Below, one piece after another: positions 32,219-41,674 of a stretch of DNA of 47,641 nucleotides (the stretch's first letter is position 1; each line of letters begins with the position of its first letter). This DNA is from Armatimonadota bacterium (GTDB lineage Bacteria; Sysuimicrobiota; Sysuimicrobiia; Sysuimicrobiales; Humicultoraceae): positions 1 through 47,641 of the forward strand of contig JBBIOM010000016.1 of the NCBI GenBank assembly GCA_037443365.1. Reading direction: 5' to 3'. The notes beneath the pieces are model-generated. The model saw nothing but the letters and a program-made list of their open reading frames with translations, was not told where the DNA came from and made no database searches. The translations under genes were made by a program, and so were the position numbers.

Positions 32219-33142
32219 ATGCCCTGCGGCGGTTCTGCCGACCGGCCGGTCGTTGTGACGCTTGCCGGCACGGTCGAGGAGAGGCTGTGCGTCCGCCTGT
32301 TGATTGAGAGCATCCGGACCTTCGGGGGCTCCCTGGGCGGCTGCCCGGTCTGGCTGTATGAGGCGGACCCTCTGGGCGCGCCCTGCGGCGCCCTGGAGGG
32401 TCCGGGCGTCACGGTGCTGCCGCTGGACGCGCCGCAGGCCGTGCGGCGCTACGTGCTCGGCGCGAAGGTTGCTGCCTGCGCCAGGGCCGAGGAGAGGGCT
32501 GGGCCGGCCGTCCGGTCGCTCGTCTGGCTCAGCCCCGATACCCTCACCGTCCGGCCACCCCGGCTGTTCGATCTGGGCGAAGGGTATGACGCGGCTGTCA
32601 GGCCCGTGCACCTCAGGAACATCGGGCTCCTGGAGACGGATCCGGTGGATGGCTTCTGGAAACGGGTCTACGAGGCGGTCGGCGCAGGAGAGCCGCGGAT
32701 CAGGGTGGAGTCGTTCGTCGAAGGCGCGCGCATCCGGGCGTACTTCAACACCCACGCGGTGGCGGTGAATCCGTCCAGGGGGCTGTTCCGCCGGTGGCTC
32801 GAAGTGTTCGAGCCGCTCGTCGGCGACCGGGAGTTCCAGGCGGCGGCTTGCGGCGACAGAGCCCATCAGGTCTTTCTGCACCAGGCCGTACTCAGCGCGA
32901 TCATCGCGGCCTCGCTCGAGCCCGAGCGGATCCGCATGCTTCCGCCCGAGTACAGCTATCCGTACCACCTGCAGCAGGCCATACCTCCCATCCGGCGGGC
33001 CGCTGCGCTCAACGATCTGGTAACCGTCGTCTACGAAGACCGGCCCCTACATCCCGACAGGATGGACGATATCGAGGTCCGCGAACCTCTCCGCTCGCAT
33101 CTGGTCGCCCGGGCTACTGCTTCTTCCCCACCGCCTTCCTGA
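32219..33142 (+). CDS. Hypothetical protein, weakly glycosyltransferase (GT-A)-like
   Basis: LLIESIRTFGG, VWLSPDT, AYFN, HQAVLS, YSYP; coding-like codon bias. Confidence 0.6.
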   Translation: MPCGGSADRPVVVTLAGTVEERLCVRLLIESIRTFGGSLGGCPVWLYEADPLGAPCGALEGPGVTVLPLDAPQAVRRYVLGAKVAACARAEERAGPAVRSLVWLSPDTLTVRPPRLFDLGEGYDAAVRPVHLRNIGLLETDPVDGFWKRVYEAVGAGEPRIRVESFVEGARIRAYFNTHAVAVNPSRGLFRRWLEVFEPLVGDREFQAAACGDRAHQVFLHQAVLSAIIAASLEPERIRMLPPEYSYPYHLQQAIPPIRRAAALNDLVTVVYEDRPLHPDRMDDIEVREPLRSHLVARATASSPPPS

Positions 33143-33497
33143 TCGTGTAGGTGATCCAGAAGACGTTCCAGGCCACGAGCGCCATGCCCGCGAGCGCCAG
33201 GCGCGTCACGTCCGGGATCGGCTTCACCTTTGTCTCCTGGCCGGCGATCTCGACGATGGCGATCGGGCGCACGGTGATGCCGCCACCGCCGCCCTCGCCG
33301 CCAATACCCTCGGGCTTCGGCGTGGTGCCCTTCCCCATGCCCACCCCAATCATGGCGCGTACCTGGGCAACCGGGATGATCGTCCGGCCGTCCACCACGA
33401 TGGGCTCCCCGAAGACGGACCTGGCCGTGGCCTTGCCCTGCAACTCCGAGAACCTGCTCATCAGATCATCTACTCCGCCTCGCCCTTCCGTGGACAT
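33114..33497 (-). CDS. GerW/YtfJ family protein
   Basis: SVFGEPI-VDGRTIIPVA, Gly-rich GEGGGGG, VRPIAIVEI, C-terminal TM segment. Confidence 0.8.
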   Translation of the reverse strand: MSTEGRGGVDDLMSRFSELQGKATARSVFGEPIVVDGRTIIPVAQVRAMIGVGMGKGTTPKPEGIGGEGGGGGITVRPIAIVEIAGQETKVKPIPDVTRLALAGMALVAWNVFWITYTIRKAVGKKQ

Positions 33498-33525
33498 CCT
33501 CTCCGCCTCCCTCGCCTTGGCTTCG

Positions 33526-34260
33526 TCAACCGCGCGCCAGCCGGCGCACCGCCTCGATGGCCACCTCTATCGCGGCGGCCTCTCCTTCCCTGAACCTGCG
33601 CTCGGCCTCCTCCGGGGGGAGCTTCTCCCGCAGGATGTTCGAGTCGGTTGCCAGCACCGCGCCGGCCCGGGCCCCGCGCACGTGGCTGACTATGAACACC
33701 GTGGCGCACTCCTGCTCCGCGGCCACAACGCGCCCCTGCGTGGTCAGCAACTCTGTCAGCGCAGGATCCTTCCTGTAGAAGGCGTCGCGCGTCGTGGCCA
33801 CGCCGACGTACGGCTCGCGCCCCAGCGCGCGCGCCGCCTCAACGAGCGCCACCGTCACCGCGAGATCCGCGACCGCCGGGAACCCCAGCGGCAGGTAGGC
33901 GAGCGCCGTGCCCTCGTCCCGGTGGGCGGCGGTCACGATGGCCAGACTCCCGATGTCCATCTCGGGCTGCCTGCCGCCGGCCGAGCCCACCCTGATGAAG
34001 GTGTCCGCTCCCAGGTTGCACAGTTCCTCCACGGCTATGGAGGCGGAGGGTCCGCCGATGCCCGTCGAGCAGACAGATATGGGGACCCCGTCCACCTCGC
34101 CGGTGTAGCCGAGGTACTCGCGGTTGCGGATCACCTCGCGGGCGCGGTCGAACCGCCGCGCGATGCGCTCGGCCCGCGCCGGGTCCCCGGGAATCAGCAC
34201 CGTGCGTGCCACGGCACCGGGAGTCACCTTCAGGTGGCGCTGAGGGAGTTCGCTGCTCAC
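33526..34260 (-). CDS. Nucleoside phosphorylase (PNP_UDP_1, uridine phosphorylase-like)
   Basis: PGDPAR, NREY, STGIGGPS, EEL, IRVGSAG, RDEGT, DAFY. Confidence 0.85.
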   Translation of the reverse strand: MSSELPQRHLKVTPGAVARTVLIPGDPARAERIARRFDRAREVIRNREYLGYTGEVDGVPISVCSTGIGGPSASIAVEELCNLGADTFIRVGSAGGRQPEMDIGSLAIVTAAHRDEGTALAYLPLGFPAVADLAVTVALVEAARALGREPYVGVATTRDAFYRKDPALTELLTTQGRVVAAEQECATVFIVSHVRGARAGAVLATDSNILREKLPPEEAERRFREGEAAAIEVAIEAVRRLARG

Positions 34261-36020
34261 GGCTCATCCTCCGGGATGAAGAGATCTACCAGGCGTCCGC
34301 GGGCCACGTCCACCAGCCCGCGGTCGGTGAGCTTGATCTCCGGGCTGACCGCCAGGGTCAGCACTCCAAGCGTCATGATAGGGGAGCGGTGCCCGAACCC
34401 CAGGTCTGCGAGCGCGCGGCGGAACCGCAGAACCAGCGGTCCTGCAACCGAGACCGGCTGGTCGGATACTATCCCGGCCACCGGGAGCGGCACGCCCGCC
34501 AGCATCTCTGCCCCGCGCACCGCGGCCATGCCACCGCCCTGCTCGACCACCCAGCGGGCCGCCGCGGTCATCTCGGCGGCAGTTCGCCCGATCACCAGCA
34601 GATTGTGGCTGTCGTGCGCCCAGGTGGTCGCGACCGCGCCCTCGCGCAGCGCGCCTCGCACCAGCCCGTAGCCAACGCTCCCCGCGCGGCCGTGGCGCTC
34701 GAACACCGCGGCCAGGCACAGATCGCTCGCCTCCCAGTCCGGGTGTCCGTCCCTGAGCCGCAGCGAAGCCTGCGCGGGACGCGTGTGCGTGTTGACCAGG
34801 TTCATCTCGATCACCCGGACGCGCACAGCCCCGCTCGTGGCAGCGCGTCCGGGTGATGGCAGGCGGAAGCGCTCGATCCCCGGCGCCTTGATGCGCACCG
34901 TCCCAAGCGCGTCGGCCGGCGCGGGCCGCGGCGTGATCGCTCCGGGAAGGAGGCGTCCGCCCTCGGCCACGAGCACGCCCCGCGAGAAGACCTCATCGGC
35001 CCGGAACTCCTCCAGGCTGCCGACGAGCACCAGATGCGCCACCAGCCCTGGCGCGATCGCCCCGCGGTCGTAGAGCCGCATTCTCCGGGCCGGTGCCAGC
35101 GTGACCGCGCGGATGCCCTCGACCGGGTCCAGCCCCATGCGAATCGCCTCGCGCAGCACGAGGTCGAGCCCCCCGCGCGCCAGCAGGTCGTCAGGGGGCA
35201 CGTCATCTGTGACCAGGCAGAGGTTGAGGGCGCGGGCCGCACCCTGGGCCGCGGCCAGCGTCTCGCGCGAGAGCGACTTCTCCTGCAGTTCCAGCGTCAT
35301 GCCGCAGCGCAGGCGCTCCAGCGCGAGTTCGGGCGTCACGAGGGTGTGGTCGGAGCCGATCCCAGAGGCGACGAACGCGGCCAGGTCCGCCCCGGTCAGG
35401 TTGGGCGCGTGGCCTTCGATGACGGTTCCGGCTTCTGTGGCCGCCTGGAGGATCGCGGCCATGCGCTGGTCTCCGGCGATCACCGCCGGATAGTCCATCA
35501 CCTCGCCAAGCGCTACCACGCCTTCCCAGCCCAGCGCCTCCGCCACATCCTCGGGCCCGATGCTCGCGCCCGAGGTCTCCAGCCCGGTCGCCGGGACGCA
35601 GGATGGGATCTGCATGAACACGTCCAGCGGCAACCCTCGGCTCTGCTCGAGCAGGAGGCGTATCCCATCCAGCCCCATCACGTTCGCGATCTCGTGCGGA
35701 TCGGGCGTCACCGTGAGCACGCCCAGCGGAACAACCGCCTCGGCGAAGGCCGGCGGAAGGACCATCGTGCTCTCAAAGTGTAGGTGGCAGTCCACCAGCC
35801 CTGGGACGGCGAACCGCCCGCGGCCTTCAAGGACCTGTCGCGCCGCAGGGAGCGGGTCCTGGCGCGCGAAGATGCGGCCAAACAGCCCGCCGGCGATGCC
35901 GATGTGCCCGGGCAGCACCTCGCCTGTGAACACGTTCACCACTTGCACGTCACGCACCAGCAGATCGAACGCCCGGCGCCCTGCCGCCGCGTCAGCCGCG
36001 ATGCGGTTGCTAGGAGGCAT
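34257..36020 (-). CDS. Adenine deaminase family amidohydrolase (AdeC/COG1001-like)
   Basis: DCHLHFES, DPHEIANV, PSCVP, GEVMDY, EGHAP, VTDD, ERHG, AHDSHN. Confidence 0.82.
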   Translation of the reverse strand: MPPSNRIAADAAAGRRAFDLLVRDVQVVNVFTGEVLPGHIGIAGGLFGRIFARQDPLPAARQVLEGRGRFAVPGLVDCHLHFESTMVLPPAFAEAVVPLGVLTVTPDPHEIANVMGLDGIRLLLEQSRGLPLDVFMQIPSCVPATGLETSGASIGPEDVAEALGWEGVVALGEVMDYPAVIAGDQRMAAILQAATEAGTVIEGHAPNLTGADLAAFVASGIGSDHTLVTPELALERLRCGMTLELQEKSLSRETLAAAQGAARALNLCLVTDDVPPDDLLARGGLDLVLREAIRMGLDPVEGIRAVTLAPARRMRLYDRGAIAPGLVAHLVLVGSLEEFRADEVFSRGVLVAEGGRLLPGAITPRPAPADALGTVRIKAPGIERFRLPSPGRAATSGAVRVRVIEMNLVNTHTRPAQASLRLRDGHPDWEASDLCLAAVFERHGRAGSVGYGLVRGALREGAVATTWAHDSHNLLVIGRTAAEMTAAARWVVEQGGGMAAVRGAEMLAGVPLPVAGIVSDQPVSVAGPLVLRFRRALADLGFGHRSPIMTLGVLTLAVSPEIKLTDRGLVDVARGRLVDLFIPEDEP

Positions 36021-37227
36021 CGTGAACGACCGGGCCGGCCTTGGAAGCCGGCCCAGTTGCGGTCAGCACCGCGGCCAGGCCTGTGGCCGCGAGCAGCACG
36101 CCCGCGGCCGCGATGAAGGCCGCGTTGAATCCGCGGTGGTCTATCACGAACCCGATCAGCAGCGGCGCCACCATCGCGCCAACGTCCGCCAGCGCGCGGT
36201 TGATCCCGAGCGCCACTCCCCACCGCCTTTCAGGGACGACGTCCGTGATGAGCGCGACCACCAGGCTGCCTCCCAGGTTGGTCCACGAGACCAGGCAAAC
36301 CGCGAGCACCACTCCCAGAGGCGAGCCCACGCCCACGAAGCTCAGCACCGAGAGCCCCAATGCCGCGAGGCCGGTCAGGATCACGCGCCGCGTGCCAAAC
36401 AGGCTGGCCAGGTGGCCGCCCCCCAGCGCCGCGCCGAACCGCTGGATCGTGCCTATCATCAGGATGAGGCCGATCGCCGCCGGTCCCAGATGCACCTCGC
36501 GCGCGGAGAAGAGCGGGATAAGCGTGGCTATGACCCCGCCGTGAAAGAAGAACAGCGCCATCATGATGATGCCGGGACCGAGGATGCCGCGGGCATCCAG
36601 ACCATCGGCGCCCTGGGATTCAACTCGCGCCGGTGCAAGGGGACGCGCGGACGAGGGATCCGCCAGGCGGCGGCCCGCCGCCAGCGTCGCGATTCCAGCC
36701 ACTACCGCGAGCGCCAGCGAGTGGCGCCACGACAGCCAGCCGGCCACCCCGCCGGACAGGGCCGGTCCCAGCGCCGTCCCTGTGAGGGCCGCGACCTGGT
36801 GGTAGCTGAACAGCCGCGCCTTGTTGTCGAACGTGGCGACCTTGGAGATCCAGTACTGAACCGTGAGGAAGAACAGCGCGGACCCCACCCCCATGATTCC
36901 ACGGCCGACCAGCACGACCGCAAACGAGGGCGCCAGGGCCACGACGACCGCGCCCGCGGCCAGGATCGCGCCGCCTGAGGCCAGCACCACGGGCAGGGCC
37001 GAGCGGGCCACGAGTCGGCCCATGGGCACGTTCACGAGCAGCCTGACCCCGTGGTACAGCGACAGCGCCAGTGCCACGCTGCCCGCTGACACACCGAACT
37101 CCCGCTGCACCTGCGGCAGGAGCGGGCCGAAGACCGAGACGCCTATCTCGAATCCTGTGAGAATGAGCAGGAGCGGCATGATGGCCGCCGCTCCTTTGTC
37201 TGCGCGGATGGATGCTGCGCCGGCCAC
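36010..37227 (-). CDS. MFS transporter
   Basis: About 12 hydrophobic segments; GRGIMGVG; DVGAMVAPLLIG. Confidence 0.8.
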   Translation of the reverse strand: MAGAASIRADKGAAAIMPLLLILTGFEIGVSVFGPLLPQVQREFGVSAGSVALALSLYHGVRLLVNVPMGRLVARSALPVVLASGGAILAAGAVVVALAPSFAVVLVGRGIMGVGSALFFLTVQYWISKVATFDNKARLFSYHQVAALTGTALGPALSGGVAGWLSWRHSLALAVVAGIATLAAGRRLADPSSARPLAPARVESQGADGLDARGILGPGIIMMALFFFHGGVIATLIPLFSAREVHLGPAAIGLILMIGTIQRFGAALGGGHLASLFGTRRVILTGLAALGLSVLSFVGVGSPLGVVLAVCLVSWTNLGGSLVVALITDVVPERRWGVALGINRALADVGAMVAPLLIGFVIDHRGFNAAFIAAAGVLLAATGLAAVLTATGPASKAGPVVHDAS

Positions 37228-37242
37228 GGTCCCGCGCGTGCG

Positions 37243-37578
37243 CTACAGGCGTGGGCCCTGGTACGGGCTCATCCGGTAGAACTCCGGCGGAGCGCCCGGC
37301 AGGCCCCGCTCGTCCTGCGGGCCGGGGCGCAGCTGGTAGAGCTGGCCTTCGTGGTAGAAGAGGATCGTGGGCTCGCACTCACCCTGCTGGGATTGCGCTC
37401 GCTCGCCTCCGGGTCCGGGCAGCGGGATGAACTCGCGCATCTCCGGGAGCGATTGGGCCGGAGGAGGCGCCTGCTGGGCGGTCATGGAGGTGGCGGCGGC
37501 GTAGGCGATGCCGCCCGCGGCCACCGCAACCCCCGCCAGCAGCAGCCGGCCTACACGCACATGCATTGTTCCTGCCAT
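37243..37578 (-). CDS. Small exported or membrane-anchored hypothetical protein
   Basis: N-terminal hydrophobic segment; REFIPLPG, ECEPTILFYHEGQLYQLRP; RBS-like GGCGAGG. Confidence 0.55.
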   Translation of the reverse strand: MAGTMHVRVGRLLLAGVAVAAGGIAYAAATSMTAQQAPPPAQSLPEMREFIPLPGPGGERAQSQQGECEPTILFYHEGQLYQLRPGPQDERGLPGAPPEFYRMSPYQGPRL

Positions 37579-37730
37579 CCGCGCCTCGCCACCCCTTACG
37601 CACAGGTTAGCACAAACACCGGCGGGGTTCAGCAGCCGGCCGCAGGAACCCATGCCGCCGCAGTGTAATGGGAAACAGTGCGGTGGCACGTGGGCCAGGC
37701 GACCAGGAAGCCAGGGAAGCGAGGTGCAGC

Positions 37731-39035
37731 ATGCACGACGAGGTCGCGGCCTTCGCGGGCCGCGTGGCTCGCATGCGCGAACTGATCGCGGCCAACCTCT
37801 CCGAGGACTGGCCCAACCTTCCGGTTGCAGGCGGCGAAGGCGCCTATCTCTTTGGCCTGGACGGCCGGCGCTACCTCGACTTCGTGTCCGGATTCGGCGC
37901 GTGCAACCTGGGGCACTGCCATCCGCGCGTCGTCGCCGCGGCAGAAGCACAGATGCGCCGGCTCATCCACGGCGCCCTGGGCCTGGTGGTGCACGATCCG
38001 GTGCTGCGCCTCAGCGAGGAACTGGGCAGGATCACACCGGGTGACCTCGACGCCTTCTTCTGGTGCAACAGCGGCACCGAGGCGGTCGAGGGCGCGCTCA
38101 AGCTGGCCCGCTACATCACGGGCCGGGCGGGCATCGTGGCCTTCATCGGCGGGTTCCATGGCCGCTCGCTCGGCTCGCTCTCGGTCACCGCGTCGAACGC
38201 CAGGTACCGCCGCCGCTACGAGCCGCTGCTGCCCTCGGTCTATCACGTGCCGTTCCCGTACTGCTTCCGCTGCCCGCACCGGGCAGGATCCATCTGCTGC
38301 GGCGAGCCCCTTGATGCGCTCGACAGGCTGTTCCGCTACGTGGTGCATCCCGAGGATGTCGCGGCGCTCATCGTGGAGCCGATCCTGGGGGAGGGCGGTT
38401 TCGTGGCGCCGCCCCCTGAGTTCCTGCCCGGGCTCCGCGACGTGTGCAGCCGGTGGGGCATCCTGCTCGTCTTCGACGAGGTTCAGACCGGGTTCGGACG
38501 CACCGGCGCGATGTTCGCCGCCGAGACGTTCGGCGTCACCCCCGACATCATGGCGCTCTCCAAGAGCATCGCTTCGGGCTTTCCCTTGGGCGCGGTGGCC
38601 GCCAGCCCGGAGATGATGCGGCGCTGGGGTCCTGGCTCGCACGGGACGACGTTTGGCGGCAGCCCGGTATCGTGCGCCGCCGCGATCGCCACGCTCGAGG
38701 TATTCCGCGAGGAGGGAGTACTTGACAACGTTCGCGCGCGCGGCGGGGAAGCAATGGACCGGCTCGGCGAGATCGCGCGGCGGTCGCCGTTCATAGGAGA
38801 CGTCAGGGGAAGGGGATTGATGATTGGGCTAGAGTTCGTGGATCCGGCCACTGGCGGCGCGCCCAACGGCGGCGCGGTCCGCCGCGTCCAGGAGGAATGC
38901 CTGCGCCGCGGCCTGCTCCTCTATCCGGCCGGGCAGTCAGGGCACGTCTTGCGACTCACACCGCCGCTTACCGTGAGCCGGGAGGCTCTCGAGGAGGGGC
39001 TGGGCATCCTGTCAGAGGCGATCGCCGCGCTCTAG
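37731..39035 (+). CDS. Class III aminotransferase (GabT-like)
   Basis: YLDFVSG, NSGTEAVE, FHGRS, VEPILGEGG, DEVQTGFGRTG, SK (PLP lysine), HGTTFGG. Confidence 0.9.
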   Translation: MHDEVAAFAGRVARMRELIAANLSEDWPNLPVAGGEGAYLFGLDGRRYLDFVSGFGACNLGHCHPRVVAAAEAQMRRLIHGALGLVVHDPVLRLSEELGRITPGDLDAFFWCNSGTEAVEGALKLARYITGRAGIVAFIGGFHGRSLGSLSVTASNARYRRRYEPLLPSVYHVPFPYCFRCPHRAGSICCGEPLDALDRLFRYVVHPEDVAALIVEPILGEGGFVAPPPEFLPGLRDVCSRWGILLVFDEVQTGFGRTGAMFAAETFGVTPDIMALSKSIASGFPLGAVAASPEMMRRWGPGSHGTTFGGSPVSCAAAIATLEVFREEGVLDNVRARGGEAMDRLGEIARRSPFIGDVRGRGLMIGLEFVDPATGGAPNGGAVRRVQEECLRRGLLLYPAGQSGHVLRLTPPLTVSREALEEGLGILSEAIAAL

Positions 39036-39836
39036 CAAGCCGCCTTCCTCTCCCAGCATCCGCAGCGTCTCCTCCCGTATCAGGCCGTGCACGCGCTGGC
39101 GCAGCGCGATGAACCCGGTCGTGTCCATCACGCCGACATCGCGGGGCCGGGGGAGCGCGACCGTGACCTCGGTCTTGATCCGGCCCGGTCGCGCGGTCAT
39201 CACGTAGATCCGATCCGAGAGCAGTATCGCCTCCTCTATGTCGTGCGTGACGAACAGCACCGTCTTGTGCGTCTGCTCCCAGACCCGCAGCAGCAACTCC
39301 TGCATCACCGAGCGCGTCTGCGCGTCCAGCGCGCCGAAGGGCTCGTCCATCAGCAGGATGGCCGGCTCGTTGGCCAGGGCGCGCGCGATCGCAACGCGCT
39401 GCTGCATGCCGCCCGAGAGCTCCTTGGGATATGCCGACTCGGTGCCCCGCAGGCCCACCAGGTCCAGGTATCGGCGCGCGACTTCCTCCCGCTCCTCCGC
39501 CGGCCGCCCGCGCAGCCGCAGGCCGAACTCCACGTTGCCCTGCACCGTGAGCCACGGAAACAGCGTGTAGGACTGGAACACCATGCCCCGATCGGCGCCC
39601 GGGCCCTCGACCGGACGGCCGTCCAGCAGCACCTCGCCGGAGGCCGGCCGGATCAGGCCGGCCACGATGCGCAGCAGCGTTGACTTGCCGCAGCCCGACG
39701 GCCCGACGATCGAGACGAACTCCTCGTCGCGCACCAGAAGGCCCAGGTTCTCCACAGCGGTGACGCTGCCGCCCCTCCGGCGGGTGAAGACGACGCAGAG
39801 GCCGCGGATGGCGAGCTTCAGATTCTCGGCGACCAC
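39012..39836 (-). CDS. NitT/TauT family ABC transporter ATP-binding protein
   Basis: GPSGCGKST, LSGGMQQR, MDEPFGALD, VTHDIEEA. Confidence 0.9.
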   Translation of the reverse strand: MVAENLKLAIRGLCVVFTRRRGGSVTAVENLGLLVRDEEFVSIVGPSGCGKSTLLRIVAGLIRPASGEVLLDGRPVEGPGADRGMVFQSYTLFPWLTVQGNVEFGLRLRGRPAEEREEVARRYLDLVGLRGTESAYPKELSGGMQQRVAIARALANEPAILLMDEPFGALDAQTRSVMQELLLRVWEQTHKTVLFVTHDIEEAILLSDRIYVMTARPGRIKTEVTVALPRPRDVGVMDTTGFIALRQRVHGLIREETLRMLGEEGGLLERGDRL

Positions 39837-40639
39837 GGCAGCAACAGCCGGTGCAATCGCTTGAAGGTCATGTCGAAGAGGAACCCCAGCAGCCCGATGG
39901 TGAACAGCCCCACGAAGATGCGGTCGGTGAACAACCCTCTCCCGGCGTCCAGGATCATGTACCCCAGTCCTCGATTGGCCGCCACCAGCTCGGCGACGAT
40001 CAGGTAGGTCCAGGCCCAGCCCATCGTGATGCGCAGGTTGTCCATCACCCCGGGCAACGTGGCCGGCAGCAGCACGCGCCCCAGCACGTCGGCGCGGCGG
40101 GCGCCCAGCGTGTAGGCGCTGTCGAGCAGGTCGCGCGAAACGCTGGCCGACACGTCCGCTATCAACAGGATCAACTGGAAGAAGGTGCCGATGAAGATCA
40201 CCGCCACCTTCTGCGCGGTGCCGATCCCGATGTAGAGGATCAACAGCGGGATCATCGCGCTCACTGGCAGGTAGCGGACGAAGTCCACCACGGGCTCCAG
40301 CAGGGCCTCGACGAACTTCAGCGTGCCCATGAGAATCCCGAGCGGCACGGCCAGCAGCACCGCGAGCGCCCAGCCCGTCACGATCACGGTGACGCTGGCC
40401 CAGGTGTGCTCGGCCAGACTGCCGTCGGCGATCAGGGCGATCGCGGCCCGCACGATGTCGGAGGGTGAGGGAAGAAACAGCGGGGCGACCAATCCGCCGT
40501 ACGTCAGGACTGCCCACAGCGCGAAGATCCCTGCGACCGACGCGCCGATGCCCGCAAGGTACGCGCCGCGGGAGATCGGCTCGTGCGGCCGCAGGTTCTC
40601 GCTCAGCCGGGCCAGCAGCCCGGGTCGGTCTCGATTCAC
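39818..40639 (-). CDS. NitT/TauT family ABC transporter permease
   Basis: FLPSP, RYLP, AYTLGA, WTYLIVAE-GLG. Confidence 0.9.
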   Translation of the reverse strand: MNRDRPGLLARLSENLRPHEPISRGAYLAGIGASVAGIFALWAVLTYGGLVAPLFLPSPSDIVRAAIALIADGSLAEHTWASVTVIVTGWALAVLLAVPLGILMGTLKFVEALLEPVVDFVRYLPVSAMIPLLILYIGIGTAQKVAVIFIGTFFQLILLIADVSASVSRDLLDSAYTLGARRADVLGRVLLPATLPGVMDNLRITMGWAWTYLIVAELVAANRGLGYMILDAGRGLFTDRIFVGLFTIGLLGFLFDMTFKRLHRLLLPWSPRI

Positions 40640-40652
40640 CGCTTGATGCGTC

Positions 40653-41642
40653 TCACTTCCCTATGAACGAAGGATCCAGGATGTCTGCCGCCTTGATCCC
40701 CTTCATCCCGGCCTTGCCCAGACCGGTCCACAGGTCAATGGCGAACTGCGCTGTCTTGTAGCCGGTCCCAGGCTTGTCCTTCGTTCCGAAGAACTCCCGG
40801 GAGGCAGCCAGATCGTAGTAGCGGATGCCGGTCAGCGTTTCCGCGAAGACCTTGGGGTCCTTCAGCCAGCCGCCCACCGCCTCGGCCATGATCTTGTTGC
40901 TCTCCTCGGGGTTCTTCTTCCAGTAATCCACCGCGCGGTGCCAGGCCCGGACGAGGTTGGCCATGTCCCTGGAGCGGGCCTTGATCACGTCCTTGCGGAA
41001 GACCAGGACGTCCACGATCAGGTTGGGCGTCGCCGATGAGTCCACCAGGATCTTGCCGTGCGGCGCCTGCTTGCCTTTGGTCAGCCAGGGCTCCCAGGTT
41101 ACGGCCGCGTCCACCTTGCCGGCCACGAAAGCGGCGCCGGCGTCCCCGGCGGTCATGTTGACCGCGGTGATGTCGCGAAGCGAGAGGCCGGCCTGCTTGA
41201 GGAGGAAGGCCAGGAAGAAGTGGCTGACCGAACCCTCGCTGAACGCCACCTTCTTGCCCTTGAGGTCCCTGATCGAGGCGATCTCCTTGCGCGCGACGAT
41301 GCCGTCACCACCCTTGGAGTCGTCCATGGCGAGTACGGCGGCCATCTGGAGGTCGGGCTTGACGCGCTGGACCACCGTGTCGATCGTCGTCATCAGGCCG
41401 TCAATGCGCTTGGCGGCGAGTGCCACATACCGGGGCTTGGTGTCCTCCATCAGCACGAACTCGACAGATGTCCCGAGCTCCTTGAGGAAGCCCTTCTTCT
41501 CGGCGAGGAACAGCGGACCGTATCCCACCCAGACCGGGTAGCCGATCTTGAGCGGCGCCTGGGCAGGAAGTGGGGCGGGCCGGACGAGCGTGCCCGCCAC
41601 GAGGGCGACTGCCAGGATGAGGGCGATGCGTCGAGCCTTCAT
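40653..41642 (-). CDS. NitT/TauT (SsuA/THI5-like) substrate-binding protein
   Basis: Signal peptide; WVGYGP, DDSKGGDG, DLKGKKVA, AVTWEPW. Confidence 0.88.
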   Translation of the reverse strand: MKARRIALILAVALVAGTLVRPAPLPAQAPLKIGYPVWVGYGPLFLAEKKGFLKELGTSVEFVLMEDTKPRYVALAAKRIDGLMTTIDTVVQRVKPDLQMAAVLAMDDSKGGDGIVARKEIASIRDLKGKKVAFSEGSVSHFFLAFLLKQAGLSLRDITAVNMTAGDAGAAFVAGKVDAAVTWEPWLTKGKQAPHGKILVDSSATPNLIVDVLVFRKDVIKARSRDMANLVRAWHRAVDYWKKNPEESNKIMAEAVGGWLKDPKVFAETLTGIRYYDLAASREFFGTKDKPGTGYKTAQFAIDLWTGLGKAGMKGIKAADILDPSFIGK

Positions 41643-41674
41643 CGTTCCACCTCCGGGTCAGATTGCCTACCTGC

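Noticed and set aside
33151..36978. Long plus-strand ORFs (506 aa and 472 aa) and many similar alternative-frame ORFs across the window
   Set aside because: They are Arg/Pro/Ala-rich shadow ORFs opposite well-supported genes, as expected in high-GC DNA.
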